Source of the DNA: Candidatus Eiseniibacteriota bacterium | GTDB taxonomy: Bacteria > Eisenbacteria > RBG-16-71-46 > CAIMUX01 > VGJL01 | DNA: 53,705 nt | Assembly: GCA_041946735.1 (NCBI GenBank) | Contig: JBHGAY010000033.1 | Coordinates: forward strand, 1 to 53,705 | Direction: 5' to 3' | In this document: positions 1 to 9,337 of the stretch, piece after piece | Numbering within the stretch: the first letter of the stretch is position 1 | Layout: every line of letters starts with the position of its first letter | The notes under the pieces: model-generated | What the model was told of the DNA's origin: nothing | Database searches by the model: none | The model's input: only the letters and a program-made list of their open reading frames with translations | Program-made: the position numbers and the translations under genes

Positions 1-699
1 CCCGGTGGCATAGGGCGCGGTCAGCAGGTAGAGGATCGCGTCGACGACGTCGTCGGGTTCGCCGATCCTCTGCATCGGTATCGCCCTTCGGATCGCCTCC
101 GCGGTCTCCGGATCGATCCCCGGCGCGAGAAGCGCCGCTCCGGGCGCGACGCCGTTGACCCGGACCTTCGGCGCCAGGGCGCGCGCGAGCCCGCGCGTCG
201 CCGCGGCGAGCCCGGCCTTCGCGATCCCATAGGGGAGATAGGCGGGATACGGCCTCTCGACCGACCAGTCCAGCAGATGGACGATCGCTCCTCCCGCCTC
301 CTCGCGCATCCGCCGGCCGAGAAGGGTCGAGAGAAGGACCGGGGCGCGGAGATCGACGGCCAGCGCGCGGTCGAGCGAGCGCTCGTCGATTTCCTCGACC
401 GGCGTCTTCTCCCATCGCGAAGCGCATTGCACGAGGATCTCGAGATGGCCGAGAGCTTCGATCGCGGCCGCCGCCAGCGCGCGTGGCCCGTCCTCCTTGC
501 CGAGGTCGCAAGCGAGCGCGACCGCCTCGCCTCCCGCGGCGCGGATCTCGTCGACGACCGCGCGCGCGCCTGCTTCCGAACGGAAGTGATGCACGCCCAC
601 CGCCACACCTTGCGAGGCGAGACGCAAGGCGACCCGGGAACCGATCCTCGCGCCCGCTCCCGTAACGAGCGCGCGCTTGCCCGCGAGCGATTCCGCCAT
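1..699 (-). CDS. SDR family oxidoreductase, pteridine reductase (FolM/PTR1)-like; 3' end runs off the window
   Basis: Absent from the ORF track because it has no stop in the window. Manual translation from ATG at 699: MAESLAGKRALVTGAGARIG...VHLLDWSVERPYPAYLPYGIAKAGL...LAPKVRVNGVAPG. Shows the TGxxxRIG Rossmann motif and YxxxK. Confidence 0.85.
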   Translation of the reverse strand, partial: MAESLAGKRALVTGAGARIGSRVALRLASQGVAVGVHHFRSEAGARAVVDEIRAAGGEAVALACDLGKEDGPRALAAAAIEALGHLEILVQCASRWEKTPVEEIDERSLDRALAVDLRAPVLLSTLLGRRMREEAGGAIVHLLDWSVERPYPAYLPYGIAKAGLAAATRGLARALAPKVRVNGVAPGAALLAPGIDPETAEAIRRAIPMQRIGEPDDVVDAILYLLTAPYATG

Positions 700-849
700 G
701 CGGGCGAGTGTACCATCCCAGGCGGATCGAAACGCGCGGCCGGCGCCATCGCAGGCGTCATCGCAGGCGCGATCGCGAGCCTTGAAGCGCGGGCCATGGA
801 ACCCTAGACTGCGCACGATCGAGCCCGGAGGGTGGGCGAGGAGGTGGGG

Positions 850-1998
850 ATGATCGATTTCACGTTGTCGGAAGACCAGGTCGAGTTCCAGAAGCTGGCG
901 CGGGACTTCGCGCAGAGGGAGATCGCGCCGAAGGCCGCCTACCACGACCAGACCGGGGAATTCCCGCGGGAGATCTGCCGGAAGGCGTGGGAAGCGGGCC
1001 TGATGAATACCCACATTCCGCAGGAATACGGGGGCCTCGGCCTGGGCGTCCTCGACGGCTGCATCATCGCCGAGGAGATCGGCGCCGCCTGCTCCGGAAT
1101 CGGCACGGCAATGGAAGCGAACACTCTCGCCGAAGCGCCGGTGATCGTCGGCGGGAGCGACGAGCAGAAGAAGAAGTGGCTCGCCCCGATGGTCGAGGAG
1201 TTCCGCCTCGCCGCCTACTGCGTGACCGAGCCGAACGCCGGCTCCGACGTGCAGGGCCTGAAGACCACCGCGCGCAAGGTCGGATCGGACTACGTGATCA
1301 ACGGCTCGAAGATGTGGATCACCAACGGCGGAGTCGCCGACTGGTACTTCGTCGTCGCCTTGACCGATCCCTCGAGGGGTGCGCGAGGCATGTCGGCCTT
1401 CGTCGTCCCGCGAGAGACTCCGGGCATCGAGCCCGGCAAGAAGGAAAAGAACATGGGACAGCGCGCGAGCGACACGCGCGCCGTCACCTTCACCGACGTG
1501 GTCGTTCCCGCGGAGAACCGGATCGGCCCGGAGGGACGAGGCTGGTTCCTCGCAATGAGCGCGTTCGATCACACGCGTCCCGTCGTGGCCGCGGCCGCCG
1601 TCGGCGTCGCGCGAAGCGCGATGGAGCACGCGATCCGCTACTCGAAAGAGCGCCAGACCTTCGGAGTCCCGATCGCCTCGCATCAGGCGATCGCCTTCAT
1701 GATCGCCGACATGGCTCGGGACATCGACGCGTCTCGCCTGCTCGTCTGGCGGGCGGCCTGGAAGGTCGACCGCGGAGAGCCCGCCCAGCTGGAAGCGGCC
1801 CACGCGAAGCTCATGGCTGCGGACACCGTGATGCGCGTGACGACCGACGCGGTGCAGATCTTCGGCGGCTACGGCTACAACAGCGAGTACCCGGTCGAGA
1901 AGCTGATGCGCGACGCGAAGGTCTTCCAGATCTACGAGGGCACGAGCCAGATCCAGCGCCACATCATCTCGAAGGCGGTCATCAAGCGAGGCTGGTGA
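850..1998 (+). CDS. Acyl-CoA dehydrogenase (MCAD-like)
   Basis: Motifs YCVTEPNAGSD, INGSKMWITNG, QIFGGYGY, KVFQIYEGTSQIQR. GAGGTGGGG SD before ATG at 850. Confidence 0.95.
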   Translation: MIDFTLSEDQVEFQKLARDFAQREIAPKAAYHDQTGEFPREICRKAWEAGLMNTHIPQEYGGLGLGVLDGCIIAEEIGAACSGIGTAMEANTLAEAPVIVGGSDEQKKKWLAPMVEEFRLAAYCVTEPNAGSDVQGLKTTARKVGSDYVINGSKMWITNGGVADWYFVVALTDPSRGARGMSAFVVPRETPGIEPGKKEKNMGQRASDTRAVTFTDVVVPAENRIGPEGRGWFLAMSAFDHTRPVVAAAAVGVARSAMEHAIRYSKERQTFGVPIASHQAIAFMIADMARDIDASRLLVWRAAWKVDRGEPAQLEAAHAKLMAADTVMRVTTDAVQIFGGYGYNSEYPVEKLMRDAKVFQIYEGTSQIQRHIISKAVIKRGW

Positions 1999-2038
1999 GA
2001 AGCGCTGCAGGGAATCCGGAGAATCGGAGGAGCGAGGC

Positions 2039-2644
2039 TCAGGATTCGCCCGCCAGCTCCGGAATCCCCGGCCAAAGGCCGAGCAGGATGCGATGGGGGA
2101 CGGCGCGGAACTTCCCCCACGCGCTCCACCTTCCGCTCAGTCCCTCGAGCTGCCGGGTATAGCGTTCGAGGGCGACGCGATCGGCGTCGAGAAAGCCGAG
2201 GATGCGCTCCTCGGCGTCCTGCGAGATGATCGGGCCCTCGGCCGCCTCCATCAGGAACCCGAAGCTCTCGAACCGTTTCGCGGAGTAGTCCCAGGTGTAC
2301 TCGATCGCGAAAAGGAATCGCTTCGGGGCGAGCGCGTTGCCCGTCTCCTCGAGCCCCTCGCGGCGTAGGCCGTCGGCGATCGGCTCCCTCTTGTGCAGCC
2401 CGCCCGTGGGCAAGCGATAGAGACCCGCAGGGTAGAAGTCCTTCGAGTGGAGGAGAACCTTTGCGCCGGGACGGGGAACGACCAGGACGATCTCGGCGGT
2501 CCGCCGGCTGGACAGAGGGAAGGCGGAGCGGTCGGTTCCGCTCCCGCCTCGCGGAAGATGCACGCTCTCGCACACGGGGGAGCCGAGATCCTTCGCGAGG
2601 GAGAGAAGCTCCTCCCCCCGATCCGTCCCTCGGGCTGGCTGCAC
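2039..2644 (-). CDS. NUDIX hydrolase
   Basis: Nudix box G-x5-E-x7-RE-x2-EETG (GGLHKREPIADGLRREGLEETG). Confidence 0.8.
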   Translation of the reverse strand: MQPARGTDRGEELLSLAKDLGSPVCESVHLPRGGSGTDRSAFPLSSRRTAEIVLVVPRPGAKVLLHSKDFYPAGLYRLPTGGLHKREPIADGLRREGLEETGNALAPKRFLFAIEYTWDYSAKRFESFGFLMEAAEGPIISQDAEERILGFLDADRVALERYTRQLEGLSGRWSAWGKFRAVPHRILLGLWPGIPELAGES

Positions 2645-2671
2645 GACCCGGTTCCCCCTTCTCGGCTTCGG

Positions 2672-3679
2672 CTAGCTGGGGTCGCCTTCGGAGAATCCTC
2701 CCGCTGCCGATCCGACCGTCGCCTCGGCAGCCCTCGCCCGGGATGTCCCGCCGGAGCGGCTGCTCGATTCGAGCTTCGTCACCTCGATCTCGAACTTCTT
2801 CCGCTTGCGATCGTAGAAGTTGGCGCGCTCGATGTTGTTCCTCTTGCGGTATCCCTCGACGAGGCTGTCGCAGCGGTCGACCAGCTCCTCGGCAACCCGC
2901 CGGCGCTGCTCGGAGCTCAGATGACCGCTCTGGAACGCCTTCTCGAGAGCATAGACTCGATACCGGTCGAGGGACCAGCCGGGAACCGGGGGGGCTTGCT
3001 CGATGAGGACGAGGCAGTCGGCCAGATGATGGATCGGGACGTGCGCCGCGATGCGGACCCAGAGATCATAGTCTTCGCAGGCAGGCAGGTTCTCGTCGAA
3101 GCCGCCGTGGAAGTCGATGCAACGGCGCCGCGCGAGCACCGCCGACGCGCAGAGGTTGCCCCCCGCCACCACCTCCTCGAATGTCATCTCGGTCGCGCCG
3201 CGCCGCTTCTTGCCGTTGCGCTGGGGCGCTCGGCCGGCGACGGGACGGCCATGCAGCATCCACGCTTCGGCGTTCTCGTCGAGGAACTGGATCCCGCGTT
3301 CCAGGAAGTGCGGATCCCACTGGAACCCGGGCTCCAGGAACGAGATCATGTCTCCCCGCGCCGACGCCAGGCCGCGGTTCCTGGCGGCTCCCATCCCGCG
3401 ATTCGCTTGATAGACGTACTGGAGCGGGACGTCTGCGATCCAGAATCCGAACCCGCATGTGCCGGAAGCCGTGGCGATGTGCTGCCGCCACAGGGACTCG
3501 GCGCGCTCCGGATCGGGGCCGAGGTGGCGCAGCACTTCGACCGCGCTGTCGTCGCCGCTGCCGTCGTCGATGACGAGGATCTCGATGTCCTGGAAGGTCT
3601 GTCCGAGCGCGGAGCGAATGGTGCAGATGAGCGAGTCGCGACGGTTGAAGGTGGGGACGATGACCGATACCCGCGGCAT
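2672..3679 (-). CDS. Glycosyltransferase family 2
   Basis: MPRVSVIVPTFNR, VIDDGS, ARNRG, FDENLPACEDYDLW. GGGAGGGAG SD upstream of ATG at 3679. Confidence 0.9.
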   Translation of the reverse strand: MPRVSVIVPTFNRRDSLICTIRSALGQTFQDIEILVIDDGSGDDSAVEVLRHLGPDPERAESLWRQHIATASGTCGFGFWIADVPLQYVYQANRGMGAARNRGLASARGDMISFLEPGFQWDPHFLERGIQFLDENAEAWMLHGRPVAGRAPQRNGKKRRGATEMTFEEVVAGGNLCASAVLARRRCIDFHGGFDENLPACEDYDLWVRIAAHVPIHHLADCLVLIEQAPPVPGWSLDRYRVYALEKAFQSGHLSSEQRRRVAEELVDRCDSLVEGYRKRNNIERANFYDRKRKKFEIEVTKLESSSRSGGTSRARAAEATVGSAAGGFSEGDPS

Positions 3680-3823
3680 GGCGTTCTCCCTCCCTGTGTC
3701 CTCGGTTCGGCTCCGTCCCGACGTGGACGCACCGTTCCGTCGGGGCGGGTCGCGGGAAGTCGCCCGGGATGTCGAGAAAGAAAGCAGCAACAGAAGGCGC
3801 ATCGCCTTCCCGAGCCCGGCGGC

Positions 3824-3853
3824 AGAGTACGGGCCGGGGCCGGCGAAAGTCAA
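3824..3853 (-). promoter_or_regulatory. Putative sigma70 promoter for the GT2 gene
   Basis: Minus strand reads TTGACT-N18-TACTCT. Confidence 0.45.
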
Positions 3854-3965
3854 GTGTTTGTTGCATTGGCAGTAAGGACATGGCCGGTGTAATTTTGCCG
3901 CGCCGGCGGCTCGGCCCCCGGCGCTGTCTGTAAGGTCCCTCGTTCGCATGGGAGGAGGAGCAGGA

Positions 3966-4589
3966 ATGAAGAAGCAGATCATCCGGGGTGTCGCGTTCCG
4001 CGCGCTCCTGGCGGGGATCGTCATCGCGTTGGGAGCCGGCTGCGCCTCGCGCAAGGAGGTCGCCCGTGTCTCGCCGGACACGACGATCGATCTTTCGGGC
4101 CGTTGGAACGACGCTGACTCGAGGCAGGTGGCGGATGCTGTGATCGAGGATTGCCTGGCGGGGACCTGGATCCTCGACCACGTGGCACAGAAGCAGAGCC
4201 GCCCGGTGGTGATCGTCGGCGCGATCCGCAACCAGAGCCTGGAGCACATTCCGACCGGCACCTTCGTTGCCGACATCGAGCGGGCGATGGTCAATTCCGG
4301 CAAGGTCGACGTCGTCGCGACCGCCGAGGAGAGATCCGACATTCGCGACGAGAGGGCGGATCAATGGGAGAACGCCTCCGAAGAGACGGTCAAGCGGATG
4401 GGGCGTGAGCGCGGCGCAGACTACATGCTGACCGGCACTGTGCAGTCGATCGAGGACCAGGAGGGTGGATCGAAGGTGGTCTTCTATCAGGTCGACCTCA
4501 CGCTGATCGACATCGAGTCGAACCGCAAGGCGTGGATCGGCGGAGAGAAGATCAAGAAGACGGTCTCCCAGGGTCGCTTCGCCCCTTGA
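3966..4589 (+). CDS. lpoB: Penicillin-binding protein activator LpoB-family lipoprotein
   Basis: Lipobox LGAGC, DLSGRWNDAD, IRNQSLEHI, GADYMLTG, YQVDLTLID. Confidence 0.8.
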   Translation: MKKQIIRGVAFRALLAGIVIALGAGCASRKEVARVSPDTTIDLSGRWNDADSRQVADAVIEDCLAGTWILDHVAQKQSRPVVIVGAIRNQSLEHIPTGTFVADIERAMVNSGKVDVVATAEERSDIRDERADQWENASEETVKRMGRERGADYMLTGTVQSIEDQEGGSKVVFYQVDLTLIDIESNRKAWIGGEKIKKTVSQGRFAP

Positions 4590-6142
4590 TCCGTTCTCAT
4601 CCTGCGATATCTCCTCGCCCGTCGCGGGCCGCGCGCGCGCGGGAGGCGCCGACGCGCCCGGCGCGGCGGCTGCGTTCTCCGCGGTTCGCGCTGCCACTGC
4701 GGCTCGTGCTACCACTGCGGTTCGCGCTACCGCTGCGGTTCGCGCTACCGCTGCGGATCGGGCTGCCGCTGTTGCTCGCCGTCGCCGGCTGCGCCACCTA
4801 CCCGGCCGGGTTTCGGGCGGTCCTCGATCCCCTTCGCAATGGAGACCCCGCCGCGGCGCTCGAGCAGTTGGACAAGTCGCCGAAGCCCGACGACGTCCTG
4901 TATCTCGAGGAGCGCGGGACCCTGCTTCGCTGGTGCGGGCGGTTGGCGGAGAGCTCTCTCTCGTTCGAATCCGCCGAAGCCCGCGCCGAGGACCTCTATA
5001 CCTACAGCGTCAGCCGCGAAGCGGCGGCGATCGCCACCACCGACCGGCTGCGCCCCTATCGTCCCTCCACCTACGAGCGTCTTCTGATCCGGCACTACTT
5101 GATGCGGAACTACCTCGAACAGGGGGATCTCGAAGGGGCGGCGGTCGAGGCGAGACGCACCGTCCTGCTGCTCGATCAGCTCGCGGACCGTGGCGAGCCG
5201 CCGGAGGATCGAGCGAATCTGCTTGCCCTCGCGACCGCCGGCCTCGTCTTCGAGGCGGCGGGGGAGGCGTCCGACGCGCTCGTCTGCTATCGCCGCATCG
5301 CGAACGCCACCCCTCTCGATCGACTTCCCGAGGGCCTCGCCGTTTGGCTCGCTCCTCACTTGCGCCGGCTCGCGCTCGATCAGGGCGTGCCGCTGTCCGC
5401 GATCCCCGGCCTCGAAGAGCCCCGCCGGGAGGAGCAGGGAGGCACCGTGGAACCGGCATCCTCCCCCGGGGCCACCGGCGAGCCGTCTCACTTCACGGCC
5501 GTGCTCTTCTTCGAACGGGGCTATGCCCCGGAGCGGACCGAGATGCGACTGCGCCTGCCGATCCTCGAAGCGGACGACGACGACGACGATCCCTGGGCCC
5601 TGGCTCCTGCACTCGGAGAGCGCGCGGCCGGCATCCGTTCGGGAAGCTATTCCGTCCCCGACGGCATCAAGATCTCCTACTGGCTCGAAGTCGCTCTTCC
5701 TTCCTATGCGTCCGGCGCGGCGAACGACGAAGCGTCGGCCGCCGCCCGGGTCGGACGTTCCGAGGTCCCGATCGTCTTCTTGGAGGACGTGGACGCACGC
5801 GCGAAAGAATCGCTGGAGCGCGAAATGCCGTCGATCGCCGGCCGGGCGGCTGCCCGCGCGCTGATCAAGTACCTCGCGCACCAGCAGGCGGAGAAGCACG
5901 TCGGAGAGGCCGGAGGCATCCTGGCGAACGTTCTCGGGGTCGCGTCGGAACAAGCGGAGACCCGCACGTGGCTCACCCTGCCCCAAGAGATCGGTGTCGC
6001 CGTCGTGGATCTCCCTACCGCGTTCGAAACCGCGGCGGTGCGCTGGAGCGACGCCTCGGGGCGCGACGGAGAGATCGAGGTGCCGCTCGTGGTTGTAGGA
6101 GGCGGCCGGTTCGGCTTCGGTTCGCATCGGAGCGGGCTCTAG
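4586..6142 (+). CDS. COG3014-like TPR lipoprotein, common partner of LpoB
   Basis: TTG start overlapping the lpoB stop (start uncertain). Lipobox VAGC, YLEERG, AAVEARR, C-terminal QAETRTWLTLP. Confidence 0.7.
   Translation: MIRSHPAISPRPSRAARAREAPTRPARRLRSPRFALPLRLVLPLRFALPLRFALPLRIGLPLLLAVAGCATYPAGFRAVLDPLRNGDPAAALEQLDKSPKPDDVLYLEERGTLLRWCGRLAESSLSFESAEARAEDLYTYSVSREAAAIATTDRLRPYRPSTYERLLIRHYLMRNYLEQGDLEGAAVEARRTVLLLDQLADRGEPPEDRANLLALATAGLVFEAAGEASDALVCYRRIANATPLDRLPEGLAVWLAPHLRRLALDQGVPLSAIPGLEEPRREEQGGTVEPASSPGATGEPSHFTAVLFFERGYAPERTEMRLRLPILEADDDDDDPWALAPALGERAAGIRSGSYSVPDGIKISYWLEVALPSYASGAANDEASAAARVGRSEVPIVFLEDVDARAKESLEREMPSIAGRAAARALIKYLAHQQAEKHVGEAGGILANVLGVASEQAETRTWLTLPQEIGVAVVDLPTAFETAAVRWSDASGRDGEIEVPLVVVGGGRFGFGSHRSGL
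4681..4770 (+). repeat. Five copies of an 18-bp tandem repeat encoding (RFALPL)-like units before the lipobox
   Basis: Units gcggttcgcgctgccact / gcggctcgtgctaccact / gcggttcgcgctaccgct (twice) / gcggatcgggctgccgct. Confidence 0.85.
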
Positions 6143-6188
6143 CGAGGTCGCTTCCTCACCGGATGATTCCGAAGTCCTGGGAAAGCGT

Positions 6189-6221
6189 GAGACCCCCGCG
6201 GCGTTGGGCCGCGAGGGTCTC
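6189..6221. terminator. GC-rich hairpin between convergent genes
   Basis: gagaccc-c-cgcggc gttgg gccgcg-a-gggtctc; no U tract. Confidence 0.35.
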
Positions 6222-6281
6222 GATCGTTGCTTCGCCGAAAGTCCGGGCGTCGATTCCCGGTTCCGGCTTCTCGGGCGATTC

Positions 6282-7211
6282 CTAGCGCCTCGATGAACGC
6301 GCCGGCCTCGAAGGCGCAGACGCGCGAGGAGGATCGGCCCGCCCCGGACGAGGCGCGGGAGCGCTGACCCGGGAGTTGGGGGCCGGTCGGGAGGGCCGCT
6401 CGCTTCCCATCCGGGGAGCGCGCGGCGGCGCCGATGGCCGCGAATCGGAGCGGGGCGGAGGATTCGACCTCCTCACCGTCCGTTCCCCGTCGCGGCGAGG
6501 CTCTTCGCGCGACGGACGCGACGAGCGGTCTCGCACGACCCGGTCGCGGTTGGTCCGCTCCGGCTTCTCGGTCCGCATCCGCCCCCAAGCCTCGTCCCGC
6601 CCCACCTTCTCGTTCCGTCCCGCCGTCCGGTTCCAGCGCGAAGGAGCTTCGCGCCGGGCGACTTTCTGCGAAGCGAGCGTCGCCGGGACGTGGTAGCGGG
6701 AGTTCTCGTAGCCGCGCGTCCAGATCGTGCGGGTCCCCCAATGCCGGTCGTAGTAACGGATCGGCGGATAGTCCCACGGTGAGCACCAGCCGCAGTAGAG
6801 CGGAGCCGAGTAGTACCACCAGTTCCAGCAGGAGGGGAAGGGGGAGACGTAGGCGTAGTAGTACGGCCAGGTGATGAAGTAGTAGTCGAATGGATCGTAG
6901 CCGAACGACAGATACACCGAGCTGTAGGCGGGCTCGACGGACCGGTAGGTCACGCGCTCGCGGCCGTCGGTCTCGATCGCCCGATCGAGAACCTCATCGA
7001 GGAAATCGTTGCTCGCGCCAGCGTTCTTCAGATCGATGAGATCCTCGGACGTCACGACGAATCGAGCGTCCTCGTTGTCGATCATCCGCAAGATCACGTC
7101 CTCGCCGACGTTCGCCTCCAGCATCTGCACGACGTCGTCGAGAGTGAGCGCCCATGCAGGAGCGGTGAGGAGAAGGACGAGGAGAGCCACAAGACCGGCG
7201 GTTCTAGCCAT
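6282..7211 (-). CDS. Secreted hypothetical protein: small helical N-domain, Tyr/Trp-rich middle, Arg/Pro-rich disordered tail
   Basis: Signal peptide ending AWA; LTLDDVVQML...EDVILRMI...DLIDLKNAGASN domain; AAGGAGG SD. Confidence 0.75.
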   Translation of the reverse strand: MARTAGLVALLVLLLTAPAWALTLDDVVQMLEANVGEDVILRMIDNEDARFVVTSEDLIDLKNAGASNDFLDEVLDRAIETDGRERVTYRSVEPAYSSVYLSFGYDPFDYYFITWPYYYAYVSPFPSCWNWWYYSAPLYCGWCSPWDYPPIRYYDRHWGTRTIWTRGYENSRYHVPATLASQKVARREAPSRWNRTAGRNEKVGRDEAWGRMRTEKPERTNRDRVVRDRSSRPSREEPRRDGERTVRRSNPPPRSDSRPSAPPRAPRMGSERPSRPAPNSRVSAPAPRPGRADPPRASAPSRPARSSRR

Positions 7212-7263
7212 GGAGCAGCACCTCCTTCGAACAGTTCAATGGTAGGCTTCCGCGTCCGGCTGT

Positions 7264-7662
7264 TCAACGCCGGGGAGGCGATCCCACCGACCGCCACTGA
7301 TTGCCGTCGTAGTCGTAGAGCCAGCATTCCCCTTGATTGGTCACGAGGAATCCGAAGGTCTCCATCTGAGCGATCGATTCCGGCGGGACGGGCAGGGGGA
7401 TCACGTGGGTCGTCTTGCCCTGCTCGGCGAATCCCTCATCGACGGTCTGCCACTTTCCCTGATCCGGACGGTACTGCCACAGCATCCCATCTCTCGTCAG
7501 GACCAGTCCGGGTCCGGCAGCGAGGAGGATCTGCCCGGCTCCCGGGCCGCGCTGCGCCTCCGCAGGCGGGATGGACGGGGGAAGAATCCCCGTCGCGAAG
7601 AGCAAGGCGGCGGCCGCAACGGCGGCGCCCGCGAGTGATCCGATTCCAGCAACGGTTTTCAA
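7264..7662 (-). CDS. Small secreted hypothetical protein with two internal beta-repeats
   Basis: TTG start with GGGAGG SD, hydrophobic N-terminus, repeats LVLTRDGMLWQYRPDQGKWQTV and FLVTNQGECWLYDYDGNQWRSV. Confidence 0.65.
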   Translation of the reverse strand: MKTVAGIGSLAGAAVAAAALLFATGILPPSIPPAEAQRGPGAGQILLAAGPGLVLTRDGMLWQYRPDQGKWQTVDEGFAEQGKTTHVIPLPVPPESIAQMETFGFLVTNQGECWLYDYDGNQWRSVGSPPRR

Positions 7663-7747
7663 CGACTGCCTCCCGTTTCTCGTCCCCTCCCGGGGATTGT
7701 GGACACCCGCCTCGTAGGGCAGCTACATCAGCTCCGCGGACCCGGCT

Positions 7748-9073
7748 CTACAGCGGATACGACTCCAGGGGGCGGGAACCGCAGAGCGCCTCGATCTCCT
7801 CGGCATCCTTCGGTACACCGGCGGTGAGAACCCGATTCCCCGCCTCGGTGATGAGCACGTCGTCTTCGATCCGGATCCCGATGCCCCGGTACTCCGGGGG
7901 CGCCGCCTCGTCCCCTTCGGCGATGTAGAGGCCCGGCTCTACCGTCAGGACCATCCCGGGAGCGAGCGTCCTCGACTCAGCGCCCAGGTAGTAGCGCCCG
8001 ACGTCGTGCACGTCCATGCCGAGCCAGTGGCTCGTGCGGTGCATGTAGTAGCGCTTGTAACTCTCGCTCGCGATCACCTCTTCCGCCGTCCCCGAGAGCA
8101 GGCCGATCCGGATCATCCCTTCGACCAGCGCCCGGAGCGCGACCTCGTGCACCTGCTGGAACGAACTGCCGGGGGCGCAGGCGTCGACCGCTTTCTTCTG
8201 GGCGTCGAGCACGACGTCGTACACCTTCCGTTGCGCTGCCGTGAACCGGCCGGACACCGGGAAGGTGCGGGTGATGTCGGCGCTCATGTACTCGTACTCG
8301 CCCGCCGCGTCGATCAGCAAGAGATCGCCCGCCTCCATCCGGCGTTCGTTCGACTCGTAGTGCAGGATCGTGGCATTCGGGCCGGATCCGACGATGCTGG
8401 GATAGCCCCAGCGATGGCAGCCGCCCCTCCGGAACCAGTACTCGACGACCGCCTGGATCTCGTACTCGTACAGCCCCGGCCGCACCGCCGCCATCGCCTC
8501 CCGGTGGGCGCGCGCGGTGATCGCGCCTGCCCGCGCGAGCGCCTCGACCTCCTGGGCGTCCTTGCGCAACCGCATCTCGTGGAGCACCGAGGCGGCGTCG
8601 ATCAACTGCGTCGGTCCCTGGCTGCCCGCCCGGGTGTTCTTGCGCGTGCGATGGAGCATATCCATGGCGAGGCGGTCCTTGTCCGGGTCCTGGCCGAGGT
8701 TCACGAACAGGCGGTCCACTCCCTCCAGATACTTCGGCAGTTCGGCCGGCAGATCGGCGATCGAATGCGCCGCGTCCGCGCCGAAATGCTCCCGGGCCCC
8801 CTCGACTCCCTCGCGCCGGCCCGTCCAAACCTCTTTTTCCGGATCGCGGGGGCGCACGAACATCACGAAGCGCGCCCCTTCGCCGGCGGGAAGAATCAGC
8901 AGCGCCGCCTCCGGCTCCTCGAAGCCGGACAGGTAGTACAGGTCGGAGTTCTGGCGGTACTCGTGGAGCACGTCGTTGTTCCGGATCATCTCGGGCTGCG
9001 AGACGATCAGCGCGGCTCCTCCTTGCATCGCCTCCAGCAGACGGCGCCGGCGTTCTTCGTGGATCGAGGCCAT
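7748..9073 (-). CDS. pepP: Xaa-Pro aminopeptidase P
   Basis: YRQNSDLYYLSGFEEPE, LLIDAAGE, ADITRTFP, HRTSHWLGMDVHD, TVEPGLY, GIRIEDD. AGGAGG SD. Confidence 0.95.
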   Translation of the reverse strand: MASIHEERRRRLLEAMQGGAALIVSQPEMIRNNDVLHEYRQNSDLYYLSGFEEPEAALLILPAGEGARFVMFVRPRDPEKEVWTGRREGVEGAREHFGADAAHSIADLPAELPKYLEGVDRLFVNLGQDPDKDRLAMDMLHRTRKNTRAGSQGPTQLIDAASVLHEMRLRKDAQEVEALARAGAITARAHREAMAAVRPGLYEYEIQAVVEYWFRRGGCHRWGYPSIVGSGPNATILHYESNERRMEAGDLLLIDAAGEYEYMSADITRTFPVSGRFTAAQRKVYDVVLDAQKKAVDACAPGSSFQQVHEVALRALVEGMIRIGLLSGTAEEVIASESYKRYYMHRTSHWLGMDVHDVGRYYLGAESRTLAPGMVLTVEPGLYIAEGDEAAPPEYRGIGIRIEDDVLITEAGNRVLTAGVPKDAEEIEALCGSRPLESYPL

Positions 9074-9256
9074 CGTTCCTCCTGTTCTATTCTTCGGCCC
9101 GAGCGCGGGGATCCGGATCGTGGCGGCAAGCTCGAAGGCCGCCGCATCGGCCTCCTGATCGTACGAAGGGCCGGCCGCTTCGGCAAGGACGGCCGATTCT
9201 TTCGGTTCCGCCGTGCGGTCCGCCAGGCGCGCCCGCCCGGGACTCCGCCGCGGTCT

Positions 9257-9285
9257 TTGACAAGCCTTTCCCCCCAGCTTACGAT
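9257..9285 (+). promoter_or_regulatory. Sigma70 promoter for proline dehydrogenase
   Basis: TTGACA-N17-TACGAT. Confidence 0.7.
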
Positions 9286-9337
9286 CGCCGCTGCGTCCTC
9301 GGGCGAGTCGAGACGGACGTGGGGAGGGGAAGCCGGC

